64,000 nucleotides of DNA from Minisyncoccota bacterium (GCA_041688155.1 JBDNIW010000003.1:95397-159396), one strand, 5' to 3'. Shown: positions 1 through 9,551, numbered from the stretch's first letter. A program made the numbers and translations. Notes: generated by a model from the letters alone, not told the origin.

Positions 1-700
1 CAGGGTCCTCTGATTCGATCATGGCTTTGATCTCGGCTGTCAGCGACGCGTCAGCGGTGATCTCGGTTAATGCTGTGACGTATTCCTCATCGGTGATTTT
101 GTCTTTGCGGTCATTGAGGCGAGTTATCGCCGTGACAGTACCAGCGTCAGTCACACCAAGCGCGGCGTAGGCGTGGTTCATAGTCGCTCGGTTATTGATG
201 AGGATTTCGAACATGTCTTCGGTGGCCCCAAAATCAAGAAAAATCTGGTGGGCAAGTTGGATGATTTCGACGTCGCTGGTGCAGTCGCTGGCGCCAAACA
301 TATCGACGTTCAGTTGCCAGTGTTCACGCAAACGTCCACGCTGCGCGCGTTCGTAGCGAAACAGGTTGGGGATAGAGTACCAACGCGCTGGCCACGCTAG
401 TTCTTTTGCTTTGCCAGCAATCATTCGCGCCACGGTCGGCGTCATCTCAGGCCTTAGGGTCACCTCGCGGTCACCCCGGTCGATAAAGGTATACGTCTGG
501 TCGTTGACCATTTCGGCATTTTCAGCGCCTTTGGCTTTGTACAGCGCTGCTGGTTCTAGCACCGAAGCATCGTACCGCTCATAGCCAAACCGCTCCGCGG
601 TCTCGCTCCAGGTATCAAATATATATTGCTGCACCGCCATAGAGGCCGGGTAAAAGTCGCGGACGCCTTTGTATGATTGGGTAGATAGTGGTTCTGACAT
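1..700 (-). CDS. hisS: histidyl-tRNA synthetase, N-terminal portion; gene runs off window start
   Basis: Minus-strand translation from ATG at 698-700 reads MSEPLSTQSYKGVRDFYP...VTLRPEMTPTVARM, class II HisRS N-terminal motifs. Absent from ORF track because it is truncated by the window edge. Confidence 0.85.
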   Translation of the reverse strand, partial: MSEPLSTQSYKGVRDFYPASMAVQQYIFDTWSETAERFGYERYDASVLEPAALYKAKGAENAEMVNDQTYTFIDRGDREVTLRPEMTPTVARMIAGKAKELAWPARWYSIPNLFRYERAQRGRLREHWQLNVDMFGASDCTSDVEIIQLAHQIFLDFGATEDMFEILINNRATMNHAYAALGVTDAGTVTAITRLNDRKDKITDEEYVTALTEITADASLTAEIKAMIESEDP

Positions 701-760
701 AGAGGTGATTGTACGGGAATAGTGCCGGCGCAGCAAGAAAACCCCCGAGCGGATTTTGTA

Positions 761-1330
761 TTAACCATTGAGCTCGTCCGGCATGGCGTGCAGCTTTTCC
801 ATTCGCCTGTCCATGGCTTTTTGAATGGTAGCTTGCAGCCCGCGCGGGTCGGGGAGGCCAGTGGAATTGAAGTTGCTCTCGTGGGCGCCTGCGGTCTGGG
901 CTTTGAGCGTACCGAAATTAAGCAAGGTGGGGATGATGCCGGTGATTTTGAATTCGATATCTTGCATTCGCTCGAGGCGAAACACACTCACGTTGCGACT
1001 AAAAAAATGCACCTGGTCGACCAGTATAATCCGGCGGTCAGTCACCACCCATAGATCGAGGTAGTAGTGCGTCCAAATAGTGAATCCTCCCAGTAGCGAC
1101 AATAGTAGCCAAGCCGCCACTCCAAACCCAATCACGTTAGCGTATTCCAAGATGTTGAAATTAAGGGTAGAAAAGAAACCCTGGAACACCGCGAACCCAA
1201 TCAGCGCTATAAACGGCAGCAATACTAGAATAAATACTCCAAACAACTCAGCCATGATGACAAACCAGTGCTTACGGACCATGATGAGCACCTCTTCGTC
1301 TGGATCAAGTTGGATTTTTTCGAACAACAT
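761..1330 (-). CDS. membrane protein with bacterial PH (bPH_2/YdbT-like) domain
   Basis: 189 aa; two predicted TM helices followed by a YYLDLWVVTDRRII-type bPH motif. Confidence 0.6.
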   Translation of the reverse strand: MLFEKIQLDPDEEVLIMVRKHWFVIMAELFGVFILVLLPFIALIGFAVFQGFFSTLNFNILEYANVIGFGVAAWLLLSLLGGFTIWTHYYLDLWVVTDRRIILVDQVHFFSRNVSVFRLERMQDIEFKITGIIPTLLNFGTLKAQTAGAHESNFNSTGLPDPRGLQATIQKAMDRRMEKLHAMPDELNG

Positions 1331-1333
1331 ATA

Positions 1334-1576
1334 TTAGAAAGTAAGCGTCAGACCTGCCATGACGAGAAACAGTGGGAGTGTCGTCGCGGCGTAAGTGACA
1401 AACGTGATCCAAGTCACGGCAGTGTTGACGCCGTATTGTTGCCAGTGATAATAAAAAATCGCCGAGTAGATGACATAGATCCCGGTTGCGAGCAGGAACA
1501 GCAGTAGCATCACGTCAGGCAGTGACATAAATTCACCCAGTGTCTCGGTGAGGTTGATGGTCGGCTCGGTCGGCAT
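1334..1576 (-). CDS. small hydrophobic membrane protein, hypothetical
   Basis: 80-aa ORF, mostly hydrophobic, packed tightly between prmC and the PH-domain gene. Confidence 0.45.
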   Translation of the reverse strand: MPTEPTINLTETLGEFMSLPDVMLLLFLLATGIYVIYSAIFYYHWQQYGVNTAVTWITFVTYAATTLPLFLVMAGLTLTF

Positions 1577-1580
1577 GAGA

Positions 1581-2390
1581 TTATTGTACCACTAGAATGG
1601 AATAACGAAGGACGCCGTACTGGTCAGCGTGGCTCGTGCAATTGAATCCGCTATCAGCGGCTAGTTTATTGATGTGGTTGACTTGCTCTGGTTCGTGCTC
1701 AATCCACAGCTGGCCCGTTGGAGTGAGGTGGTCCTTGGCGGTTGCGATTATCTGCCCAATTATTTCCAGGCCGTCCACACCACCATAGAGCGCCAGGTGC
1801 GGTTCGTGTGATTTGACCGACTCGGTTGCGCGGTCAACCTCCGGGTCGATGTATGGTGGGTTGCTGAGGATAAAATCGTATCTGGCGTCGGTTGGGATGC
1901 CGGCAAACAAATTGGAATGATAGATATGGTAGCGCGATTGTTCGATGTGATTTTCGAGACAATTCTTGTTGATAGTGGGAATGAGTCGTACGCTGAGTTC
2001 GACAAAATCCACTTGGACTGCAGGCAAAGCCTTGGCCACAGCGACCCCGATGCAGCCACTGCCAGCACAAAGGTCGAGGATGCTGGTGGTAGGGTGAGGG
2101 TCAGTCAGCTGCACAGCAGCTGACTGACCCTCACCAGCAGACAAAGCCGGTTGGACTGCTTGGTGTTCCTTGATTGCCACAACCGCTTGTTCCACCCAAT
2201 ACTCAGTCTCCACCCGCGGCACCAACGGCTGAGCGTCTAGCCAAATAGTACAATCCAAAAACGGCACCTGCCCAATCAGGTACCCCAGCGGCGTCCCCAG
2301 CGCCAAAGCCTTGCAGTCAGCATAAAACTCCGCAGTTTTCACACTGCCGTATTTCTCCGCAAGCAACCACTGTTCTTCTTGACTTTTCAT
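1581..2390 (-). CDS. prmC: release factor glutamine methyltransferase PrmC/HemK
   Basis: 269 aa; class I SAM methyltransferase with NPPY motif (FILSNPPYI) and LDLCAGSGCIG. Confidence 0.85.
   Translation of the reverse strand: MKSQEEQWLLAEKYGSVKTAEFYADCKALALGTPLGYLIGQVPFLDCTIWLDAQPLVPRVETEYWVEQAVVAIKEHQAVQPALSAGEGQSAAVQLTDPHPTTSILDLCAGSGCIGVAVAKALPAVQVDFVELSVRLIPTINKNCLENHIEQSRYHIYHSNLFAGIPTDARYDFILSNPPYIDPEVDRATESVKSHEPHLALYGGVDGLEIIGQIIATAKDHLTPTGQLWIEHEPEQVNHINKLAADSGFNCTSHADQYGVLRYSILVVQ
2366..2390. repeat. 24-nt direct repeat copy 1 (prmC start, CCACTGTTCTTCTTGACTTTTCAT)
   Basis: Identical 24-mer recurs at 3290-3313, bracketing a low-GC segment that carries a RelE/ParD cassette. Confidence 0.8.
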
Positions 2391-2404
2391 AGAATTACTG
2401 CAAT

Positions 2405-2707
2405 ATGAGCGAGAATAGAAGTTCTGTCAAGCTTGAAGGGAAAGGTTGTGAAAAACATTACTATGAACGAAATTCACTCCGCATTAGCTGGGCAGAACAT
2501 CGTACATTCAAAGAGGCTGCTCAATCTCTTTCAGTTTCACCTCCGTGTTTTACTCGATGTATAAAAGATGCGGACCAAAAACTAGGATTGAACCTATTTA
2601 TAATGTCGCCTCTGCCAGTAAGTCTGAATCCAGATTACGAGCATGTTTTCCAATTGTTTAAAGAAATTGATCAAGCGTACGTTAAACTTAATCAACTGTC
2701 GAAATAA
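2405..2707 (+). CDS. hypothetical protein (low-GC cassette ORF)
   Basis: 100-aa ORF in an AT-rich segment, followed by a GC-clamp terminator; no recognisable motif. Confidence 0.35.
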   Translation: MSENRSSVKLEGKGCEKHYYERNSLRISWAEHRTFKEAAQSLSVSPPCFTRCIKDADQKLGLNLFIMSPLPVSLNPDYEHVFQLFKEIDQAYVKLNQLSK

Positions 2708-2713
2708 TTACAT

Positions 2714-2743
2714 TCGCGCGGCATCCATCGCGCGGCTTTTTTT
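2714..2743 (+). terminator. intrinsic terminator (CGCGCG stem + T7)
   Basis: tCGCGCGgcatccatCGCGCGgcttttttt; self-complementary GC stem then T-run. Confidence 0.55.
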
Positions 2744-2760
2744 GTTTGGCTCACTTGTCC

Positions 2761-3027
2761 CTACAAATACACATCATGATCGCCAACCGCAATCAGCCGG
2801 ACTGTCTGATCATCAACATACGCAAATATAACTCGGTGCGAGTAGGTGACGGAAAAACTATTTAAACCCTTGAGACTACCTTTGAGTTTGTGGACACGTA
2901 AACGTTCGTGGTTGGCTGGGTCGCGGAACAGCTCGATTTTCTCCAGCGCCTCAATGATCACCACCACCGGCAACTTCTTGAGCTCCCGCACAAAAGACGG
3001 TTTGTATTTAAAGCTGAGCTTAGTCAA
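2761..3027 (-). CDS. type II toxin, RelE/ParE family
   Basis: 88 aa; family-like C-terminus YSHRVIFAYVDDQTVRLIAVGDHD; overlaps the upstream antitoxin gene by 8 nt. Confidence 0.7.
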   Translation of the reverse strand: MTKLSFKYKPSFVRELKKLPVVVIIEALEKIELFRDPANHERLRVHKLKGSLKGLNSFSVTYSHRVIFAYVDDQTVRLIAVGDHDVYL

Positions 3028-3226
3028 TTTGCTTCATTAACTCTCGCAAATCACCAGTCAGATCAGGTTCCTGCATCGCGCGCAAGATGTCTGCGACAGC
3101 CTTGTCTTCACGGTACTTTTTCAGTGCTTGGCGCATAATGTCAGCCTTGGAAAGCCCACTTTCAGCCGCATGTTCAACGACAAATTTTTCAAGTTCAGGG
3201 GTGAGGGGAACAGAGAGGGTAGACAT
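3020..3226 (-). CDS. type II antitoxin, ParD/RHH (CopG-like) family
   Basis: 68 aa; ribbon-helix-helix-like N-terminus; gene order and overlap typical of a TA operon. Confidence 0.65.
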   Translation of the reverse strand: MSTLSVPLTPELEKFVVEHAAESGLSKADIMRQALKKYREDKAVADILRAMQEPDLTGDLRELMKQID

Positions 3227-3289
3227 ACAAATACCTATGATAATTTAATATGTCTTTATCATATCATAGTGGTAGGAGGTGGCAAGAAG

Positions 3290-3313
3290 CCACTGTTCTT
3301 CTTGACTTTTCAT
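3290..3313. repeat. 24-nt direct repeat copy 2 (duplicated prmC start plus 21-codon remnant ORF)
   Basis: Minus-strand ATGAAAAGTCAAGAAGAACAGTGG (MKSQEEQW) is identical to the prmC start, then diverges and stops after 21 codons. Confidence 0.8.
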
Positions 3314-3482
3314 CATCAAGTTGTATTTGGTTCGCAGCATTATTGTTTGGCGTTGTTGGTATAAAAGGTGCTTTCTTGATTGAACGTATTGTAACCCTGT
3401 TGCAGGGTGACATAATTGTTGTTGGAAATATGGGGCAGTGGGGACCCTCCAGTCGTATCACAGAAACGTACAGATAGTTTAG

Positions 3483-3519
3483 TCGCGCGGTTGATCTTTT
3501 TCAATCGCGCGGCTTTTTT
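3483..3519 (+). terminator. second GC-clamp terminator-like hairpin (same CGCGCG stem)
   Basis: tCGCGCGgttgatctttttcaatCGCGCGgctttttt; same stem as 2714-2743 with a different loop. Confidence 0.45.
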
Positions 3520-3636
3520 AAATGAAAAAACGAGCGTAGCGACTATTTTGAATTTATGTCCCAATTCTGGCTTTTGACCCAGACAGAATTGCTGGACCTT
3601 TTTTCTTACTTACTATCGGGTGTATACTGCAAACCT

Positions 3637-4392
3637 ATGTCTACACCGATGCTGGAGATCAAAAACCTCACCAAGGTTTATGGAAAGGGGAAAGATGCCA
3701 AGACCGCAGTCCGTGACCTGTCGCTGACGGTCAAGCGGGGGGCGTTTTATGGGCTGCTTGGGCCTAACGGGGCGGGGAAGTCGACGGTGATCCATTGCAT
3801 CACGGGGATTGCGCAGCCAACCAACGGAACCATTACCGTTGATGGCATCGATGTAGTAAAGGACTATCGGCAAGCGCGGACCAAAGTTGGCCTGTCACCG
3901 CAAGAGTTCAACGTCGATATATTTGCGACGCCGGCCCAACTGATGGATTATATGGGTGGCTATTACAAAATCCCTGCGGCAGTGCGAGCCGAGCGGATCG
4001 AACGGTTGATCGAACGGTTTGATTTGCAGGAGCACCGCGATGTGAAATTCCAGAAATTATCCGGTGGACTCAAACGCCGGGCGATGCTCGGGCGGGCGCT
4101 GATTCACACCCCAGACCTATTGATCCTCGACGAGCCAACCGCTGGGGTAGATGTCGAGCAGCGCAAAGACCTGTGGGCGTACCTCAAAGAGATGAACGAA
4201 CGTGGCAAAACCATCATCCTCACCTCGCACTACCTCGAAGAAATCGAATATCTCTGCAAAGAAATTGCGATTATCAACCACGGGAAAATTGTCGCGCAAG
4301 GGACTAAAGCTGAGTTTATGAAAGGAGGCAAGTCGGTGGAGGAGGCGTATCTAGAGATTACGAGAGCCGATAATGACCAAGCTGCTACGTAA
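3637..4392 (+). CDS. ABC transporter ATP-binding protein (ABC-2 exporter type)
   Basis: Walker A GLLGPNGAGKST, signature LSGGLKRR, Walker B LILDEPTAGVD; start chosen at internal ATG 3637 (MSTPMLEIKNL). Confidence 0.85.
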   Translation: MSTPMLEIKNLTKVYGKGKDAKTAVRDLSLTVKRGAFYGLLGPNGAGKSTVIHCITGIAQPTNGTITVDGIDVVKDYRQARTKVGLSPQEFNVDIFATPAQLMDYMGGYYKIPAAVRAERIERLIERFDLQEHRDVKFQKLSGGLKRRAMLGRALIHTPDLLILDEPTAGVDVEQRKDLWAYLKEMNERGKTIILTSHYLEEIEYLCKEIAIINHGKIVAQGTKAEFMKGGKSVEEAYLEITRADNDQAAT

Positions 4393-4505
4393 TTTTTAGG
4401 GGCGCTCGAGGCCGCTAGGCCATGATGTACCCCTAAAAATCACGCACCAGCTTACTCACTATCTGTTACCATGTGTTGCAAGATCAGCACCCTAACTATT
4501 TTTAT

Positions 4506-5267
4506 ATGAACACAATTGGACTCTACACAATGTTTCGCCGCGAGGTACAGCGGACTATGCGGGTGGCGATACAGACGCTAATCGCGCCGGTGGTAGCCGC
4601 GGCGCTGTACATATTTATTTTTGGGTCAGTCATCGGAACCAAGATTGATGACTTTGCTGGCGTGCCGTACATCTCGTTCGTGTTCCCGGGGATTTTGATG
4701 CTGTCGATAATTAACGCCTCGTTTGCGAGTGCGTCTTCCAGTCTCTATTTTATGCGCTTTACCCGCGGGATTGAAGAAATCCTCATCTCACCGTTTTCGT
4801 ACTTGGAAATGCTGCTGGGGTTTGTGGGTGGCGCTATCGTGCGGGCGCTGATGGTGGCAGGGTTGGTTCTGGGGGTTGGGTTGGCGTTTGGGGCGGTGCA
4901 GTTGCAGCACCCGCTGGCATTTGTGGGGTATGTGTCGATGATTGCGGCGATTTTTGCCATGCTGGGGATTATTGTGGCGCTGTGGGCCGAAGGGTTCGAG
5001 CAGTTGCAGTCGCTCAATACGTTTGTGATTACACCGCTCACGTACCTCGGGGGGATTTTCTACAGCATCACCATGCTGCCGTCGCTGGCGGCTAGTATCA
5101 CTATGTACAATCCATTTTTCTATTTTGCCGATGGTATCCGCAGCAGCATGATTGGGTATAGCGAAGCTAATTCGGCCGTGGGGCTAGCGGTCACGCTGGG
5201 GTTAGTGCTGGCACTTGGGTTACTTGTCATCCGTCTTTTCCAAACAGGGTGGAAAATTCGGTCGTAA
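4506..5267 (+). CDS. ABC-2 family transporter permease
   Basis: About six TM segments, partner of the upstream ATPase; start chosen at MNTIGLYTMFRREV. Confidence 0.75.
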   Translation: MNTIGLYTMFRREVQRTMRVAIQTLIAPVVAAALYIFIFGSVIGTKIDDFAGVPYISFVFPGILMLSIINASFASASSSLYFMRFTRGIEEILISPFSYLEMLLGFVGGAIVRALMVAGLVLGVGLAFGAVQLQHPLAFVGYVSMIAAIFAMLGIIVALWAEGFEQLQSLNTFVITPLTYLGGIFYSITMLPSLAASITMYNPFFYFADGIRSSMIGYSEANSAVGLAVTLGLVLALGLLVIRLFQTGWKIRS

Positions 5268-5290
5268 TAAATTACACCACCTCATCCACA

Positions 5291-5330
5291 CAGCCCGCTG
5301 AGTTTTGCTCGGCGGGCTGTTATTATTCAG
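5291..5330 (+). terminator. intrinsic terminator after the permease gene
   Basis: cagcccgctgag-tttg-ctcggcgggctg then ttattatt. Confidence 0.5.
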
Positions 5331-5332
5331 GT

Positions 5333-6334
5333 ATGAAAAACAATACTAAATTATACGAAACTGCCGCGGCGCTGTTGGCTAGCGGTAAGGGGATTTTAGC
5401 AGCGGACGAAAGTGACGGGACGGCTGGCAAGCGGCTAGAGCGAGTGCACCTTGAGAATACGCCCGAGAACCGGCAGGATTTCCGCGAGATATTATTTACC
5501 GCCGACGGCATTGAGCAGTACATCTCAGGGGTGATCATGTACGACTCGTCAATCCGCAACACTACCGACGACGGCACACCGTTCCCGGACGTGCTCGTAG
5601 CCAAGGGTATCATCCCGGGGATCAAAGTCGACACTGGCGTCAACGACCACCAAGGGTTCAAAGGGGAAGTTATCACCCAGGGTCTCGATGATCTCGCCGA
5701 CCGACTGGCTGAGTATTACTCGATGGGGGCGCGGTTTGCCAAATGGCGGATGGTAGTCGACATTGACGGCGACGACACTCCGACCTACGAGACGGTCAAA
5801 ATGAACTGTATCCAGATGACCCGCTACGCGCAGCTGTGTCAGGCTGCCGGCATCGTCCCGATTGTCGAGCCGGAAGTCATCCACGCTGGTGACCACTCGC
5901 TCCAGAAAGCGGAAATCGAAACCACTCGCACCCTGCAGATCCTTTTCCAGACCCTACAAGAATACCGCGTGGACCTCGCCGGACTGATCCTCAAATCATC
6001 AATGGTCCTCGCTGGAGACAAATACGCCGAGCAAACGTCAGCCCAAGAAGTGGCGCAAGCCACTCTGCGCACCTTCCACATGAGCGTGCCACATGAGACA
6101 GCCGGGATTGTGTTCCTATCAGGTGGACAGTCACCCGAACGGTCAGCAGAAAACCTTGATGCAATAGCAAAAATGGGACAGCAACCATGGCCAGTCACGT
6201 TTTCATTCTCTCGCGCGCTTGAGCAACCGGTACTCGATGCCTGGGGCGGTAAACCAGAGAACGTCGATGCGGCCAAAGCCTCCATGCTCGAAGTGGTCAA
6301 GCGAAACAGCGCCGCCAGCCTCGGACAGCTCTAA
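5333..6334 (+). CDS. fba: fructose-bisphosphate aldolase, class I
   Basis: GILAADESDGTAGKRL...ILKSSMV, class I (Schiff-base) FBA motifs; start at internal ATG 5333 (MKNNTKLYETAAALL). Confidence 0.85.
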   Translation: MKNNTKLYETAAALLASGKGILAADESDGTAGKRLERVHLENTPENRQDFREILFTADGIEQYISGVIMYDSSIRNTTDDGTPFPDVLVAKGIIPGIKVDTGVNDHQGFKGEVITQGLDDLADRLAEYYSMGARFAKWRMVVDIDGDDTPTYETVKMNCIQMTRYAQLCQAAGIVPIVEPEVIHAGDHSLQKAEIETTRTLQILFQTLQEYRVDLAGLILKSSMVLAGDKYAEQTSAQEVAQATLRTFHMSVPHETAGIVFLSGGQSPERSAENLDAIAKMGQQPWPVTFSFSRALEQPVLDAWGGKPENVDAAKASMLEVVKRNSAASLGQL

Positions 6335-6339
6335 ACAGG

Positions 6340-6378
6340 CCTAATCCCGCAGATTACCCGGCAATCTGCGGGATTAGG
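6340..6378. repeat. hairpin with 16-bp stem CCTAATCCCGCAGATT/AATCTGCGGGATTAGG (copy 1)
   Basis: Stem identical to the hairpin at 33405-33443; the 7-nt loops differ. Lies 6 nt after the fba stop. Confidence 0.8.
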
Positions 6379-6438
6379 TACTCTAGGTATACCGTAAAAT
6401 CGCTCTAACCCTAGGGTCGGACACGTACAGGAGAGATA

Positions 6439-6472
6439 AACCAAAACCGCACCCTAGGGTGCGGTTTTGGTT
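6439..6472. terminator. 34-nt perfect palindrome, probable terminator for rpmG and/or fba
   Basis: aaccaaaaccgcaccc-tag-ggtgcggttttggtt. Confidence 0.5.
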
Positions 6473-6482
6473 GGTCTGGTCT

Positions 6483-6662
6483 TTATTTCTTCTGAACGTA
6501 CAGACAGTGCTTTTGGGCTACTGGGTTGAATTTGGTTTCTTGGTGCTTTTTGCTTGGGTCTTTTTTGTTTTTGTTGTTAAACCGCGTGTAGTACACGTGA
6601 CCCTTACCGATGCCGGTCGCATCGCCTTTTGAAACCATCTTGATGAGTAAATCTTGTGACAT
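6483..6662 (-). CDS. rpmG: 50S ribosomal protein L33
   Basis: 59 aa, MSQDLLIKMVSKGDATGIGKGHVYYTRFNNKNKKDPSKKHQETKFNPVAQKHCLYVQKK, L33 pattern Y.T.KNK...KxE.KKxxPvaxKHxlY. Missed by the track (under 60 aa), which lists a spurious out-of-frame ORF here instead. Confidence 0.8.
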   Translation of the reverse strand: MSQDLLIKMVSKGDATGIGKGHVYYTRFNNKNKKDPSKKHQETKFNPVAQKHCLYVQKK

Positions 6663-6821
6663 AGTGGGCTAATACTAGCAAACCGCTGAAAAATGTCAAT
6701 CAGACTACTTGCGTCTAAAGGCAATCAACAGTATTTGATGGCTTTACAAAGGTTGGCTTTTGCATCGTGCTAGTATGAAGGCATTGTCGGACTTTCAGGT
6801 AGATTGCTGATCCGATAACTT

Positions 6822-8054
6822 TTGATAATGAAAGTTCTTACCTTCAGTTGGGAGTATCCTCCAGCCAAAAACGGCGGCCTTGGAGTCGCCTGCTTTGGTT
6901 TAACGCGCGAACTACTACACGACGGTGTGGAGGTGACCTTGGTGTTACCGAAAACCCAAGTCATTAAGGGTGACGTGCGGGTGTTGTTTGCGGATACTGA
7001 ACGCCTGGTGCGGATGAGTGAATATGAGCAGTCGTTCCCTGGACCCTATCACCACGCTACAACGATGGTTGACTCAGTTATCGGGTACGATGCTACCGGC
7101 AAACCAATTCTCCGGTCACGAACGATTCTCGAAGAAGCCCATCGCTTTGCCCACCAAGCAGCCGTCATTGCTCGTATGGAGCAGTTTGACGTGATACACG
7201 CTCACGACTGGACTTCGTATCTGGCTGGAGTTGCAGCCAAGATTGCTAGTGGTAAGCCATTGGTATTGCACGTACATGCCACATCATTTGATCAGGCGGC
7301 TGGTGACAACGTCGATCCGAGCATGCATCAAATTGAGCTCGAAGGGTTCGCCATGGCCGACCGGGTAGTGGCGGTAAGTAATTTCACCCGCAACATGCTG
7401 ATCAACAAACACGGCGTGCAGCCCGACAAAATCGAGGTGGTACACAACGGCTGCGATGCGGAAGAGGTAATCGTGCTTGAGCCAACCCTCCAAGCGCTAC
7501 GCGACCAAGGCAAGAAAATCGTTCTCTATCACGGCCGCATTAGTATCCAAAAAGGGGTTGATTATTTTGTGCATGCCGCCAGACGGGTGGTCGATGTCGA
7601 CCCGAACGTGGTGTTTGTTATCTCAGGCTGGGGCGACATGATAAAACAGGTTATCCACCAAGTGGGTGAGATGGGACTATCAGAACATGTCCGGTTCGCC
7701 GGGGCCACTTGGGAGCAGGAGCGTGACCGGCTGTATCAGAGTGTTGATTTGTTTGTGATGCCGTCGGTGTCGGAGCCATTTGGGTTGGTGCCGCTCGAAG
7801 CGCTGCAGCACGGGACCCCTTCAATCATTACCAAACAGTCCGGCGTGGCCGAAGTCCTCACCCACGCCCTCAAAGTTGATTTTTGGGATGTGGACCAGAT
7901 GGCCAACCAAATCTTGTCCGCGTTGCGCTACCCAGTTATGGGCGAGCAGATTGTCAAAGAAGGTAGGTTGCAGCTGTTGGGTCTGTCGTGGCAAAAAGCC
8001 GCCGCCAAGATGGCTGCTCTCTATCGTAATCTGCTACAATACGCAACATCATAA
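6822..8054 (+). CDS. GT4-type glycosyltransferase, glycogen/starch-synthase-like
   Basis: 410 aa; N-terminal KVLTFSWEYPPAKNGGLGVA and C-terminal EPFGLVPLEALQHGTP retaining-GT motif. Confidence 0.75.
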   Translation: MIMKVLTFSWEYPPAKNGGLGVACFGLTRELLHDGVEVTLVLPKTQVIKGDVRVLFADTERLVRMSEYEQSFPGPYHHATTMVDSVIGYDATGKPILRSRTILEEAHRFAHQAAVIARMEQFDVIHAHDWTSYLAGVAAKIASGKPLVLHVHATSFDQAAGDNVDPSMHQIELEGFAMADRVVAVSNFTRNMLINKHGVQPDKIEVVHNGCDAEEVIVLEPTLQALRDQGKKIVLYHGRISIQKGVDYFVHAARRVVDVDPNVVFVISGWGDMIKQVIHQVGEMGLSEHVRFAGATWEQERDRLYQSVDLFVMPSVSEPFGLVPLEALQHGTPSIITKQSGVAEVLTHALKVDFWDVDQMANQILSALRYPVMGEQIVKEGRLQLLGLSWQKAAAKMAALYRNLLQYATS

Positions 8055-8056
8055 CT

Positions 8057-9511
8057 ATGCTTACTGTTTGCCCTTATTTCCATGTCCACCAACCGTACCG
8101 GATCAAAAAATACCGGGTGTTTGATATCGGGACTGACACTGAGTATTTTAACGATGACTCAGAAACTGATTTGAATAACCGACGGATTGTCGAAAAAGTC
8201 GCCAATAAGTCATACCGGCCAACCAACAAAATCCTCAAGGAGCTACTCGACCAGCACCCAGAATTCCGGTTCAACCTGTCGTTCTCGGGTACTGCGCTCG
8301 ATCAGTTCGAAGCCTACGCCCCTGACGTATTAGAGTCATTTCAAGAACTGGTCGCAACCGGTCGGGTTGAGATCCTCGCTGACACGTATCATCACTCACT
8401 GGCATTCTTCTACTCGGTGCCAGAATTCAAACGCCAAGTGCAGAAGCACGAACGACGGATCAAACAATTGTTCGGGGTCAAGCCGCGCGTGTTCCGGAAC
8501 ACTGAGCTGTCGTACCGCAACGACCTGGCTAAATGGTGTGAGGATAACGGCTACCTCGGGATCATGGCCGAAGGTTGGGAAAAGTACCTTGGGTGGCGGA
8601 GTCCCAATTTTCTCTACCATCCACCAGGCTGCTCCAAAATTAAAATTCTTCTCAAGAACTACAAGCTGTCGGACGACATTGCGTTTCGGTTTGGGAACAA
8701 ACAGTGGTCGAGTTGGCCGCTGTCGGCCGACACCTACGCCGGCTGGATTCACTCCAACCACGGGGATGGCGAGACAGTGAACTTGTTTATGGACTACGAG
8801 AGTTTTGGTGAACACCAGTGGGCTGATACTGGGATTTTTGATTTTCTGCGAGCGCTCCCAGAGACGCTTCTGCGTCACCCTGACACCAGTTTCAAAACCG
8901 CGACCGAGACCGTGCAAGCATACGACGCCAAGGGTGAGTACGATGTGCCAGACGTACTGACTTGGGCTGACACCGACCGCGACTTGACCGCTTGGAACGG
9001 CAACGACATCCAGCGCGATGCGCTCGCGGCGACGTACCGAATGGAAGAGAATGTGATGAAGACGGGGAAGCGTGACTTGATCGAGAAGTGGCGCAAACTA
9101 CAGACGTCAGACCACTTCTATTACATGTGTACCAAGTGGTCTAACGACGGAGACGTGCACGCGTATTTCTCTCCGTACGAATCCCCGTACGATGCATACA
9201 TCGCGTTTATGAATGCGTTGTCTGATCTCAAGTTGCGAGTTGATCATGTGGTGAACGAGCAGGTTGCTAAGCAAGCCGCCGAGAGTGAGGTTGTCAGTCA
9301 GGCCAGCGGCAGTCCCGATTTTGTCCCACTTGCACCGCCGAGCGTGAACCCTCCCAGCAATAGCCGTGACGACGCTGAGTCTGGCCGCGTCTCGCACGAT
9401 AACCAAACCATCAAGCCAGAAGAAAAACAGCGACTACATCCTCTACAAAACATCTGGAACCGGTTCAAGTCAATCTTCCCAGTTGTCCCTCGCAGTAACC
9501 AGTCCACGTGA
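8057..9511 (+). CDS. glycoside hydrolase family 57 (alpha-glucan processing)
   Basis: N-terminal CPYFHVHQPYR GH57 signature; ends with TGA. Confidence 0.75.
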   Translation: MLTVCPYFHVHQPYRIKKYRVFDIGTDTEYFNDDSETDLNNRRIVEKVANKSYRPTNKILKELLDQHPEFRFNLSFSGTALDQFEAYAPDVLESFQELVATGRVEILADTYHHSLAFFYSVPEFKRQVQKHERRIKQLFGVKPRVFRNTELSYRNDLAKWCEDNGYLGIMAEGWEKYLGWRSPNFLYHPPGCSKIKILLKNYKLSDDIAFRFGNKQWSSWPLSADTYAGWIHSNHGDGETVNLFMDYESFGEHQWADTGIFDFLRALPETLLRHPDTSFKTATETVQAYDAKGEYDVPDVLTWADTDRDLTAWNGNDIQRDALAATYRMEENVMKTGKRDLIEKWRKLQTSDHFYYMCTKWSNDGDVHAYFSPYESPYDAYIAFMNALSDLKLRVDHVVNEQVAKQAAESEVVSQASGSPDFVPLAPPSVNPPSNSRDDAESGRVSHDNQTIKPEEKQRLHPLQNIWNRFKSIFPVVPRSNQST

Positions 9512-9551
9512 TAGACTATAGTCATTACTACTCAATTGTTCTTACGTTCTT

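Noticed and set aside
6518-6724. 68-aa minus-strand ORF from the track
   Set aside because: Out of frame with, and fully overlapped by, a convincing 59-aa ribosomal protein L33 gene (6483-6662) that the track missed because it is under 60 aa.
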